Of a DNA stretch of 64,000 bases, positions 14,101 through 19,314 are shown in pieces; within the stretch, counting starts at the first letter, position 1, and each line of letters begins with the position of its first letter. Position numbers and translations under genes: made by a program. Under the pieces are notes generated by a model. The model saw nothing but the letters and a program-made list of their open reading frames with translations, had not been told where the DNA came from and made no database searches. This DNA is from an uncultured Candidatus Saccharibacteria bacterium (lineage in GTDB: Bacteria > Patescibacteriota > Minisyncoccia > Phycocordibacterales > DAORIS01), in contig CAZXUH010000001.1 in assembly GCA_964644035.1 (NCBI GenBank), positions 393,093 to 457,092 of the forward strand, written 5' to 3'.

Positions 14101-14704
14101 GTGTGGATGTACCAACGCCAACATTGCCGCTTGAAGTGATCGAAAATACTGAGCTTGTGCTTGCACCAAAGAATTCTGCAACCTTGCCAGCACCAGTTTG
14201 GATGATGCTCATAAACGTCGAAGCACTTGAGGTGCTGTTGCTCTGATCGTTTCTGAAAAATGCACTTCCCGAAACACCGCCAAGTGTTCCCGCATCTTTT
14301 GCAATCATTGCTGCAGGCACTGCACCGAGAATTTTTCTTGGTGTCATTTCACTATCCGCTTCGATCGTCACACCAAGATACAACACCTGATTGAAATCAA
14401 TACTCGTCAACGAAGTTGTTGAACCGAGCATGATGCTGAAGAGTCCGTCGGTTACTTGTACGGTGTCCGACTCTGTCCAGATTGCAACGCCACCTGTTGG
14501 AACTGTGTAGAGTTTGAAAACGATATCGTAATCACCGTTGGTGACTGCAATGTTTGCCGGAGTGGTGAGACGACCTTGATAATTGATTTGAGGATTGAAT
14601 GCAGCTTGTGCAACTGGCATTTCAAAAAATCCGACGAAAGGAATTGCGAGTGATGCAACGAGAACGAGGACTGACACTGGGATGTACAATAGTTTTTTTA
14701 TCAT
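2195..14704 (-). CDS. Giant (4169 aa) secreted, fibre-like surface protein. It has an N-terminal signal/TM, a tail-fibre-like N-terminal domain, more than 8 repeated ~50-aa modules (GIGTTTP..ARLQVTG..SPFLISSSTN.KMFEINQSGA), Gly/Asn-rich beta-helix-like repeats, a C-terminal intramolecular chaperone auto-processing (peptidase S74) domain, and a Pro/Glu/Thr/Asp-rich tail.
   Basis: Single uninterrupted ORF. N-terminus MIKKLLYIPVSVLVLVASLAIPFVGFF..AQA is signal-like. The C-terminal segment CTSDQRLKKNIATL..SFNWLAENDAAERHPGFIAQEVEAVFPDLV..DGYKSLAYSSFAPYLVQGIQEL matches the conserved S74 chaperone-of-endosialidase motif set (approx DNA 2575-2900). The final ~76 aa are PE/T-rich low complexity. Confidence 0.8.
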   Translation of the reverse strand: MIKKLLYIPVSVLVLVASLAIPFVGFFEMPVAQAAFNPQINYQGRLTTPANIAVTNGDYDIVFKLYTVPTGGVAIWTESDTVQVTDGLFSIMLGSTTSLTSIDFNQVLYLGVTIEADSEMTPRKILGAVPAAMIAKDAGTLGGVSGSAFFRNDQSNSTSSASTFMSIIQTGAGKVAEFFGASTSSVFSITSSGNVGVGTSTPTHRLTVRSTGSGSDKHFATFNSADVERFSVADDGIALFTGAGGQARIVPNIGVYSYSFRSQNGSSFIHVDGGAMNLYDGNGTIALNLTDRLSSKLNGKLFLGGSVTTPSALLHLATGTASASTAPLKFSPGTNLTSAEAGAVEYDGTQLYFSPANTDRNILLQNSSATAFSSGIIPFASTNGYLSSDAANFIWDDTNDRLGIGTSTPIARLQITGAGGASPFLIASSTNAKMFEINQSGAALFNNQAGTLGQVLLSQGSTAAPIWVATSSLGIGGTATSSQWINNGANIYFNTGNVGIGTSTPATPLYVVGTTSIYGALSMKYPITNAVVIGDTSGNARGTSSIDIQSSHGDPTWVASGVNAIAFGADNQASRVQTIAIGFANSVDCEQCASFGRDNALTGGGVETEQFVVGLSNSSTKANAVTFGLGNSNNGSGGSIFGSSNLNEAADVFIVGISNSANAFSADSTLIGRGNIASSSDAVLIGRDNLAEAGGSVLYGNANTSSGSNGLIFGYNNIVSAADATIIGQNINNSIANSIQIGSSDSAKITISSTGNLGVGTTTPLARLQVTGVGGSNPFLVSSSTNTKMFEINQSGAVAFNNQNGTLGQVLLSQGSTAAPLWTSTSSLGFFTTNVAEGSNLYYTDQRVSNYILGSTTLPASINYWTKTVNDLSYTAGKVGVGTSTPLNTFQVRGTGGTNPFRVSSSTNASLFEILQNGNVGIGTMSPSGRLHVSGGIAGDGLFVIDSDTDNNDENDNPGISLLQDGSLTTGYFGFVGSALTTSAGDVVTGAQNNALVIGTVAGDSTFNDLQFMTGDGAGIGVVHMTINSSGNIGIGTTTPIAKLQLTGGGTASPFLISSSTNAKMFEINRSGAALFNNQAGTLGQVLLSQGSTAAPVWTSTSSLGFTSSAITASLTSGFMPRWTGSAFTDSILRENGSVVGINASSSSYTFNLQGTGGVNPFNVSSSTGTSLFTILNNGNIGVGTSTPAANFTVAQSATGATSTRGIAFTGSSLSGVSSGSGFLFSLGYNAVNNKQIWFADPDGAGNASFNFARMVIGGAGSLPTLDAVTGDGASRAKLQLGVAGDTNSGIYVGTLLGVNGYAAIGTGYYNQTPPTNGLIVQGNVGIGTTTPQQKLDIANGSIVLDYNNPIKYRRPSDFAQVNVFQLNGNYGVDLFSGTSQPSGTAFGKAFSFFSSGATELMTITGNGLVGIGTSSPIARLHVSGAGASSPFLISSSTNVKMFEINQSGAVAFNNQNGTLGQVLLSQGSTAAPVWTSTSTLGFLTTNVAEGTNLYYTNQRVSDYVLGSTTLPASINYWTLGSGNVYRATGKVGVGTTTPWAALTVAGITDSTSYYSGGQLFGLATTTGNLFLGGATPVAAGVSGAYNFFVGNQSGFSNTSGNDNIFVGNQSGFSNVGGSDNIFLGSNAGTGNVSGGNNLFLGNSAGSGSTGSNNVFLGTGAGSSNAGGLVNVYIGNHAGSQNNGGSANVAIGYLSGQGSGTGNSANTLVGYQSGGALTSGSNNIMLGYRVGTTSTTGANNILIGSVLARSASDSNFLNIGNALFGDLSTGNIGLSTTTPIARLQVTGAGTASPFLISSSTNTKMFEINQSGAVLFNNDAGTSGFILRSFGSTAAPQWVATSSLGFASVASSSQWITNGSDIYYNTGKVAVGTSTPLTTFQVTGVGGTNPFRVSSSTNAVMLQLLQNGNFGIGSSSPIEKLSVAGNGYFAGNISAEGVLNVLGSGTSTFYSDVFVNAGRDLYVGDWQTGGGKIVLTGLSAGPTPPRRGGAIEWRHGTSISDALQGYTYTNASGQLVFSSTTQSSGTSIGTSYISFIDGGAYFSGNVGLGTTTPLARLQITGGGANNPFLVSSSTHTKMFEINQSGAVAFNNQNGTLGQVLLSQGSTAAPLWTSTSSLGFLTTNVAEGSNLYYTDQRVSNYILGSTTLPASINYWTKTVNDLSYTAGKVGVGTSTPLTTLQVTGVGGTNPFRIASSTNTVLFEVQQNGNVGIGSNDIPSANGGAKLYVRGTGASTASWRGRIVAGGDNVAFLMGEYNSQAWLGGHSAALNAWADLYIQPDGASSVFIGDSTSNGSADSPVLSVLNSSGSVGVGTSSPASIFSVVGTTTVFGALSVSHPGSSGAIIMGDTSGAARGARSIDIQSRRTAHNQVASGPESIIIGQYNSATSTLGNSIAIGGSNNVGGGIYNAALGSFNIVNGRSGPIDGYSTAIGNSNTINVGYGTAVGSFNTVSAANSLVFGNFIVNDVASSLMIGPTATVKLTMLTGGNSGFGTTSPLARLQITGAGGSSPFLVSSSTNTKMFEINQSGATLFNDSAGTLGQVLLSQGSTAAPLWVATSSLGFANIASSSQWITNGSDIYYNTGKVAVGTSTPLTTFQVTGVGGTNPFRIASSTNVSLLEILQNGNVGINTVNPSSKLTVTGNVGIINPSSSNPDLAFTTGGSSVTIAGSKTIIDIGGDYDISGALIGVKSTPVGVSFIFGPTSVVSYYGNPTGGQVNYGLYMVGENHNYLSGRLGIGSSTPSGQLAIRGSSTAPTVPLVDIASSTGASIFRINANGHVGIATPIPTSELQIGTVAEGNLTVDVGSGVDAQATFSWTTDPRISFNTNSNNWGTGVIGGGIRLGVSGLYSYLVSAGGNLIINPTAGNVGIGTTTPISRLQVTGSGTVTPFLISSSTNTKMFEINQSGATLFNNNAGTLGQVLLSQGSTAAPVWTSTSSLGIPGLSKWTQTGNDIYYMTGNVGIGTTTPTSLLTVAGTSMMRDILPSAPYSGNMSAYNLGATGARWNSVWAGTYNVGTTTWSISATGPDRFGIFDAASAGGNEYFSILQNGMVGIGSSTPLATLSIEGLNASDVSSSDAPEALRVLGGSGTDAGGGVTIIGGEGGNGGTGGGVITIRSGAGTGSNSFGGNLVLAAGSASGAASTVGGSLSITAGSAGSTGTGGAVTITAGDAGTSGTAGNVTINPGLKAGVEYANVLLAALGGRVGIGTTTPVAQLNVKGISSAPTTPLFEVASSTNNSIFRINSNGNVGVGITNGTANLSIENPNDNTDSFAIYSGGTERFSMQVSAASTDTASFFVRNNNVMTLNEDTLVGIGTTTPAAKLQVTGSAGTNPFRIASSTNTVMLQLLQNGNFGVGVANPTTKVSLGSDTANTKLAIYDDGTSTMGLGAQSGQFRFNLYTSANNRYSFMDAPAGNEIFTILGTGKVGVGTTTPLTKFQVTGSAGSSPFRVSSSTNSSMFEILQNGYVGIGNSNPAKILTINDSGGLATMRIERTGQVNNLQADFAIQTPGGVQHFQIDVTDGASTAKTLSLNPSGGLVGVGTSSPATSLQVRGIGGTNPFRISSSTNVSLLEINQAGNVGIGTTSPLVKLDVNGGIHTNNGIIINTTGNNTTAAPGTLQIYGTNNKLRMTYPGVVDTDFVINSSGHLTITGMNNVGIGTTTPIARLQITGAAGATPLFEISSSTNHAPGKPSGTLMRVLSTGQVAIGTSTPFKGAALTIERNNADASGNSYRALGFNNTSSFLFHGGYTMDIISDASGVVQNMASDPTYDSNGIITSITCQHGGRSCSSLEVINGELRYNQRMTAALGGYLGAVLTISNGAVSIGSTTPGATFSVRGTSTRPTKIIFDVASSSGATLLRVNADGNIGIGTTSPLARLHITGIPGANSTFRISSSSNETVLEVAPNGFVGIGTSTPAYMLSVGNASTTGVIARFQNTNGTCDVDPTSSALSCTSDQRLKKNIATLSTSSSLEKLRNLRSVSFNWLAENDAAERHPGFIAQEVEAVFPDLVNTNPDGYKSLAYSSFAPYLVQGIQELDMKVTTLEQLIASTSAMLSSVSIFDRIQATLGVFTKVQTSELCLDDVCINKDQLRALLNQTGGSTPPPSNPGNGGGDEPPPDDGNASSTPPVEDETPSDEPPPEDTSADETPSEDTPADSGSEQETPPVEEPPVTEPTP
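4300..13450 (-). repeat. Intragenic near-identical DNA repeats within the giant gene, with 0.8-1.3 kb spacing
   Basis: The motif ...ctgattgatttcaaacatcttcgtatttgttgaagatga.. recurs at ~6011, 7141, 8461, 9281, 10361, 11491, 12321 and 13381, with weaker copies at 4341, 4680, 6850, 8100, 8990, 11180 and 11960. A second motif, ccttgtgacaa(g/a)ag.acctg.cc.a..gttcc, precedes each copy. Confidence 0.8.
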
Positions 14705-15075
14705 TTTCCTATTTGTGCATCCTTGTCCAATAACGTGACTGTTTCTGTAAGACTCTTTGCGGGAGTTTTCAGTGCAACATTTGATGTTGTTGTCTCACCT
14801 GAAAAATAGAAAAAGGCGGATGCAAATCCGCCTACACAAAAGAGAAATACTGCAACCAAAAGTCCTCGACCATTTGCAAACAATGCTCTCCCGGCTGGCA
14901 CGTAGTGCTTGGTCATGAAATAAGATTTTACTTCCCGTTCACTGACAAACCAGTTGCGGCCTACCTTCTTACCTTTGACCTTTCCAGAACGAATAAGAGC
15001 CCCGATGTAATCGGAGTGATACCCTGAAATTTGGGCGGCTTGCTTAAGCGTGATGTAATCCTGAAATATGGCCAT
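14701..15075 (-). CDS. Membrane-tethered helix-turn-helix protein with an HTH_17/excisionase-type DNA-binding domain and one TM helix; stop codon overlaps the giant gene start (ATGA)
   Basis: ITLKQAAQISGYHSDYIGALIRSGKVKGKKVGRNWFVSEREVKSY fits the HTH_17 pattern (..IRsG.l....gr.wri..). A hydrophobic stretch LLVAVFLFCVGGFASAFFYF follows, then a 30-aa tail. The 4-nt overlap 14701-14704 is read directly from the coordinates. Confidence 0.6.
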   Translation of the reverse strand: MAIFQDYITLKQAAQISGYHSDYIGALIRSGKVKGKKVGRNWFVSEREVKSYFMTKHYVPAGRALFANGRGLLVAVFLFCVGGFASAFFYFSGETTTSNVALKTPAKSLTETVTLLDKDAQIGK

Positions 15076-15090
15076 GTTGAGGGCTCGTAC

Positions 15091-15117
15091 AGAAATCTCG
15101 AGTTACTCGAGATTTCT
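15091..15117. promoter_or_regulatory. Perfect 27-bp palindrome AGAAATCTCGAG-TTA-CTCGAGATTTCT followed by a T-run, ~16 nt upstream of the HTH gene start. Candidate operator, leader hairpin or terminator.
   Basis: Read directly: the 12-bp arms are exact reverse complements. Confidence 0.55.
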
Positions 15118-15204
15118 TTTTTACTAATAAAAGCCCTGTAGATATAATTATATCTCAGAAAATGTTCAAAATATGGCTATAAATCAAGGGTTGTTGATAA
15201 CTTT

Positions 15205-16596
15205 TTAATAAAGTTTTTGAGTTTTTTCCCTTATGAAAATTCTGACGATTACGTAGATTCCGATGAACAAAATGATCAAGTAAATGAGCAAAAATAAACC
15301 AATGAAAAATATAATTTGTCTATTTTTTAGACTTCCCTGCCCGACAAGATTTGAGCTCGAAATAAACATACCTGGAACGTGCGTTTCGCTACCTCGACTC
15401 AAGAAAACAATGTCAAAAAATGAGTCTCCGGAGGTAAGTGAAGCAGGCACTACAACTTCAAGATATCCATCGCTATGTTTTCTGAAAAGAAATGTATTGA
15501 TGTTACCCTTTTCGATGATTCGAATGTATGACTGTTCTGTATTTTTTGGTATGACCGATTTTGGTACACGCACGATCACTGCTTGTTGATTGTTGATAGA
15601 AAAATTTTGTCGTGAACCAAAAATCCTCGCACCATTTTGAAAAAATAAAATCGATTCAGTTGCTGTGGTCGAAGTTGAAATAGTATTTCCGCCAAAAAGT
15701 GGAAGTGATCCAAAATTGTTTCCCGATGAATCGTAGAAAATAAAATCGGTGACCGCGCCGGAAGAATAATTTCCAAATCGATCTCGTGCAAACGCTGTAT
15801 AAAAATAATGCATGTTTGAAAATGCATTTGAATCGAGTGCTTGCTGTCCCCGACCTTCGTACACAAAATATCCTTCTTGAGGATCGCGCGGATAATATCT
15901 CGTACCGCGTCTGATACGAACAAAATCAAAATCTTCATCGCGAGGATTCTTCCACGTCAGCAAAATATTTCCTCCAAATGAAAGTTCAGCACGAAAATCA
16001 GTAATGTTCGAAGGTGGCGTACGATCAAACAATGATTTTGTTCTAAACGCATAGGTCACCTGCGCCGACTGACCAAAACCGTCCGATGCTCGAACTGTTA
16101 CGTAGTACAGCGTATCCGGCAAAAGGTTGGTCAGCAAAATATTGTGAATATTCCTCAGATCAGTTTCAGTAACATTGCCCGCCGAAGTATCTGGATCGGT
16201 ACCCCAGGAAACCGTGGACAAAGTCTTGGCTGGGGTCGTCCAACTCACTATGGCCGTCGTCGTAGAAGCCTCTATTTTGAAGTTTTCGAAGACAATTGGC
16301 CATTTGTACGTACCTCCAGGACCTGGTTCGGCGGGAGGTTGTGGTGCCACAGAAGGTGTGGTTGTGGGAGTCGGAGGGGTGGTAGTAGCAGTACAATCTG
16401 AAGGACAACTACTGACCGTTTCCCCTAAAAACAGTTCGCAAATCAGATTGTTATTACAGCCCTCAACCAAGAGCTCGATTACCGTCGAATCATCCGCTGT
16501 CGCGGCCTGTACCGAAGAATGTCCTATAGAAACATAAAGGACACAGACCGAAATTACCAGAAATAACCAGGCAAATGTCGTCTTTTTTGAAAGCAT
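15205..16596 (-). CDS. Secreted, membrane-anchored protein with an N-terminal signal, a Cys-rich segment, a Pro/Thr linker, two fibronectin-III-like domains and a C-terminal TM anchor
   Basis: Signal MLSKKTTFAWLFLVISVCVLYVSIG..VQA. Linker TTTPPTPTTTPSVAPQPPAEPGPG. FN3-like stretches (TAIVSWTTPAKTLSTVSWGTDP...LYYVTVRASD; ILLTWKNP..DFVRIRRGT..YFY). C-terminal IIFFIGLFLLIYLIILFIGIYVIV plus RIFIREK. Confidence 0.6.
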   Translation of the reverse strand: MLSKKTTFAWLFLVISVCVLYVSIGHSSVQAATADDSTVIELLVEGCNNNLICELFLGETVSSCPSDCTATTTPPTPTTTPSVAPQPPAEPGPGGTYKWPIVFENFKIEASTTTAIVSWTTPAKTLSTVSWGTDPDTSAGNVTETDLRNIHNILLTNLLPDTLYYVTVRASDGFGQSAQVTYAFRTKSLFDRTPPSNITDFRAELSFGGNILLTWKNPRDEDFDFVRIRRGTRYYPRDPQEGYFVYEGRGQQALDSNAFSNMHYFYTAFARDRFGNYSSGAVTDFIFYDSSGNNFGSLPLFGGNTISTSTTATESILFFQNGARIFGSRQNFSINNQQAVIVRVPKSVIPKNTEQSYIRIIEKGNINTFLFRKHSDGYLEVVVPASLTSGDSFFDIVFLSRGSETHVPGMFISSSNLVGQGSLKNRQIIFFIGLFLLIYLIILFIGIYVIVRIFIREKTQKLY

Positions 16597-16603
16597 GGTC
16601 GTA

Positions 16604-17359
16604 TTATAACGCTACTGCTGTTGCCGTGATAACTGCCGAATAAGCACCACTTTCTTGCATCTTTGACGGTCCTATTTCAGCTCTTACCTTGACGGTCGTG
16701 GTGGCGCCCGAAGGATGGTTGGAACCGGTCGATTGCGATATATTCTTGGTTGTTAGAGTAAAACCGTCCCAGCAAGCGTCTGCGGTGTCAGAGGAGCCTG
16801 TATTACACACAGAACTGTTATCTTTGAAGCGTGGAAGAATATCAGCTCCTTCTGGGCTAAATCCAAAGGCCGATGTAGTCGAAACTATAGCAAAAGTATA
16901 ATCAGGGTCAGCACTTGCCGGTGTGTAATCGTCAAAAGAGATTCCTCCGGAGGTTTGAAGTGCAGGATCAGTCGAGGCTTGGACCGAAAGCACGTAGCCA
17001 GCGCTATTGTCGGTCAATACATTCCAAGCGATAGAACCATTACTCGTACCTCCAATCAAGCCGTTGATATCAGCAAGCGCCACATCTGGTGGTGAGCTAA
17101 TCGAGATATACGACGTATACATCTGCTGATACCCAGCTTTCATGACATAGTTGGTGCTACTGGAAAGTCCTGTTGCTATCTCACCTACCGTATCTTCGAG
17201 ATTGAAACTGGTACTCGTCGAACGCCCTCCCCCGACATCAATAGCATCAAAATTGATTTTGTAATTGGTACTTTGCATTGCAGCAAAAGCCGAAACGAAA
17301 GACAGTGAGAGAATACCGATGGCAATGTACGCGCCCGCGCGCATGATTTTATTTATCAT
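16604..17359 (-). CDS. WxL-like secreted cell-surface protein (Csc-cluster-like, small subunit type)
   Basis: Signal peptide; Ser/Thr/Gly-rich beta-rich composition. The C-terminus SGAYSAVITATAVAL resembles the WxL C-terminal motif G.Y.GTLTWTL but lacks Trp. Start overlaps the upstream gene by 4 nt. Confidence 0.45.
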   Translation of the reverse strand: MINKIMRAGAYIAIGILSLSFVSAFAAMQSTNYKINFDAIDVGGGRSTSTSFNLEDTVGEIATGLSSSTNYVMKAGYQQMYTSYISISSPPDVALADINGLIGGTSNGSIAWNVLTDNSAGYVLSVQASTDPALQTSGGISFDDYTPASADPDYTFAIVSTTSAFGFSPEGADILPRFKDNSSVCNTGSSDTADACWDGFTLTTKNISQSTGSNHPSGATTTVKVRAEIGPSKMQESGAYSAVITATAVAL

Positions 17360-18360
17360 TGCTTGCGACGAAATTCAAATCTTGAAAGGAAGAAGTAAGA
17401 AATAAGTATAAGCAGGACAAGACCACCGCCAACAGCAAGAAGAATTTTCCACGGAAGAATCCAGAATGCCAGAACTTTGGTATCAATAATGTCACCGTAA
17501 CCTCGATTGAGTTCGAGAGTTGCCTTGTAACGTCCGATCCTGAAGCTATCATCTGCCCAATTTACATCTCGGTAACGCAATGAATCTGGAAGTGAGAAAT
17601 AAGCGTCAATCGGTAAAACTCCGATTTCACTACCAAACAGATTGCTAATCCTGATCACACCGTAGGGCGCCAAGTGCACACTACCTGTGTTGTTGAAAAG
17701 TATTTGGAATTTGTCAGGAGATGTTTCGTATATCCAATGTTTATCTGAAATACGAAAATCTTCCACAAAACCGCTTTCATTTACCGGACCGTTGACTCTG
17801 ACAAAAAACAAGACACCGACACGAGAAATAATCTGAGCACCACTAACCGAAGTACTACTGTCGTTCTGAGGCCCATTGGCGACAATTACCGACGAATAAT
17901 AGCCTCCCGGCAAGGCATTTGCTGGGATTTGTATGGTGATAGGAATAGTGATTCTATCCCCAAAATTAAGGGTAAAATCGGAAACTGCAGGCCGTAAAGA
18001 GTCCTTAAATGAATTAGGGCTTCTGTCATCGCCAAGAAGAACAACGGGATTTTGTTCTTCACGAGAACCGACGAAATCTTCGGTCGTAACCTTGAAATCC
18101 GTCTTCCTGTTTATACGACTGGTAACTGAAATATATTTGACGATTGTGTCGCCCGGATCAGCAAAAATTTCCATTTTGCCTGGTTCGAGAACGAAGTCAT
18201 TTTTGTCATCGACACTCATCGATGTGATCTGAGGTCTTTCGGAAGTCTGAGCAAATGTTGCCGCAGGAGCAAGTATGCACGACATCAATACGATTAAGAA
18301 TGCAATATTCTTAGTACGGCTTAGTCCGCAAGATCGTAGTATTGATTTCTTTTTCGGCAT
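17356..18360 (-). CDS. DUF916/DUF3324-like cell-surface protein with a C-terminal TM anchor (CscA-like)
   Basis: Signal peptide; N-terminal domain ..ITSMSVDDKNDFVLEPG..; C-terminal ..YKATLELNRGYG..VLAFWILPWKILLAVGGGLVLLILISYFF plus RRKQ. This is the architecture of DUF916-DUF3324 proteins in WxL loci. Confidence 0.5.
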   Translation of the reverse strand: MPKKKSILRSCGLSRTKNIAFLIVLMSCILAPAATFAQTSERPQITSMSVDDKNDFVLEPGKMEIFADPGDTIVKYISVTSRINRKTDFKVTTEDFVGSREEQNPVVLLGDDRSPNSFKDSLRPAVSDFTLNFGDRITIPITIQIPANALPGGYYSSVIVANGPQNDSSTSVSGAQIISRVGVLFFVRVNGPVNESGFVEDFRISDKHWIYETSPDKFQILFNNTGSVHLAPYGVIRISNLFGSEIGVLPIDAYFSLPDSLRYRDVNWADDSFRIGRYKATLELNRGYGDIIDTKVLAFWILPWKILLAVGGGLVLLILISYFFLSRFEFRRKQ

Positions 18361-18365
18361 TTTTA

Positions 18366-19028
18366 TTAGATCGTTGTCGCTGTAGCCACGATGGTAGCCT
18401 TGTATGTTCCGGATGGAATATAGGAGTTATTCTGTTCTACCGCATAGCAGACCGTACTGTCAACACCCGAAGTTGTTGTTGTCGACGAGCGTGTAGCGAT
18501 TGTTACGTCCGATGTTGTGAAGCCTTTGTATTTGAGTGTAGTTGAAGTTGCGTGAGCGTTGGTAGTAGTGCTGCAGAGAGATCCTGTTCCCCATGTACCA
18601 GTTGGTACATCGGTACCGAAGGCTGAGTAGCCAAATTCGTATGTACCAAATGGAGTACTCCAAAATGCCGGTGCGCCAGTCTGGTCGTCACCAATAGTGT
18701 TGGTTGAGGATTGCATAGCAGGAGTAGAAGTAGCCTTGACTGCGAGGGTGTAGCCGAGGTTATTGTTTGTCTTAACATTCCAAGTCGTTGTCGCAACAGC
18801 ACTGTTTTGCGCGACACCGACTGCTGTACTCATGGTTGCATCAGCAGGGCTCGTGATCGAAATACCAGCGGTCACGTTGAGCGTGATAATGACCGTATCT
18901 GATGCCGAGGCCTGTGCTCCAGCGTACATCGGTTCGAGAGATGCGTACGTAACCAGTGCGCCGACGCTCAAGACCAAGTATGATGCAGCGAGCTTAAATA
19001 TTTTTTTCTTAATGTTCATGATGTACAA
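18366..19028 (-). CDS. WxL-like secreted cell-surface protein
   Basis: Signal MNIKKKIFKLAASYLVLSVGALVTYAS. TTTWNVKTNNNLGYTLAVKAT resembles the first W.L region. The C-terminal SGTYKATIVATATTI resembles the WxL terminal motif. It is the first gene of the 4-gene minus-strand operon. Confidence 0.45.
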   Translation of the reverse strand: MYIMNIKKKIFKLAASYLVLSVGALVTYASLEPMYAGAQASASDTVIITLNVTAGISITSPADATMSTAVGVAQNSAVATTTWNVKTNNNLGYTLAVKATSTPAMQSSTNTIGDDQTGAPAFWSTPFGTYEFGYSAFGTDVPTGTWGTGSLCSTTTNAHATSTTLKYKGFTTSDVTIATRSSTTTTSGVDSTVCYAVEQNNSYIPSGTYKATIVATATTI

Positions 19029-19260
19029 TTTACCCTCTTATAATTTCCAGACCCTAATAGTACAGGAATCATTCTAAATGTCACAACTGCAATATATGAA
19101 TAAGATGTGTATAAACCGTTAATAACCCACAGTATCATTGTATATAGACGTTTTATGGCCTATATTCTGACAAGAAACTTTTATTTTTAGACCGAATTTA
19201 GATTTATTTTATTTAAATTTTAATTAAATAAATCTTTTTATTTTGTCGAGAAAACTTTTT

Positions 19261-19300
19261 TGGAGCCGCTACACAAATCGAACTGGCTACTAGATTTGCA
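19261..19300 (-). other. Degenerate partial copy of the tRNA-Thr 3' half (T-loop AGTTCGA plus identical acceptor 3' end AGCGGCTCCA); possible att-site remnant or tRNA pseudogene
   Basis: tggagccgct (19261-19270) is identical to 19315-19324. The alignment tgcaaatcta.gtagcc.agttcgatttgtgtagcggctcca against tgtaaacagtaggtcctcagttcgaatctgagaagcggctcca was read directly. Confidence 0.5.
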
Positions 19301-19314
19301 TGGAACTAAAATTT

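Noticed and set aside
2218-14658. Numerous 60-225-aa ORFs on the plus strand and in alternative minus frames inside the giant gene (for example 2910..3326, 4899..5576, 9556..10062, 13135..13788)
   Set aside because: They are antisense or out-of-frame shadows of one continuous 12.5-kb ORF with a coherent repeat and domain structure. Their proline/valine/threonine-rich translations are typical of reading a Gly/Ser/Thr-rich gene in reverse.
15091-15122. Palindrome plus T-run as a simple plus-strand terminator
   Set aside because: No plus-strand gene ends nearby; both flanking genes are on the minus strand. On the minus strand the hairpin is not followed by a U-tract. It is therefore better explained as an operator or leader structure, or a weak bidirectional terminator.
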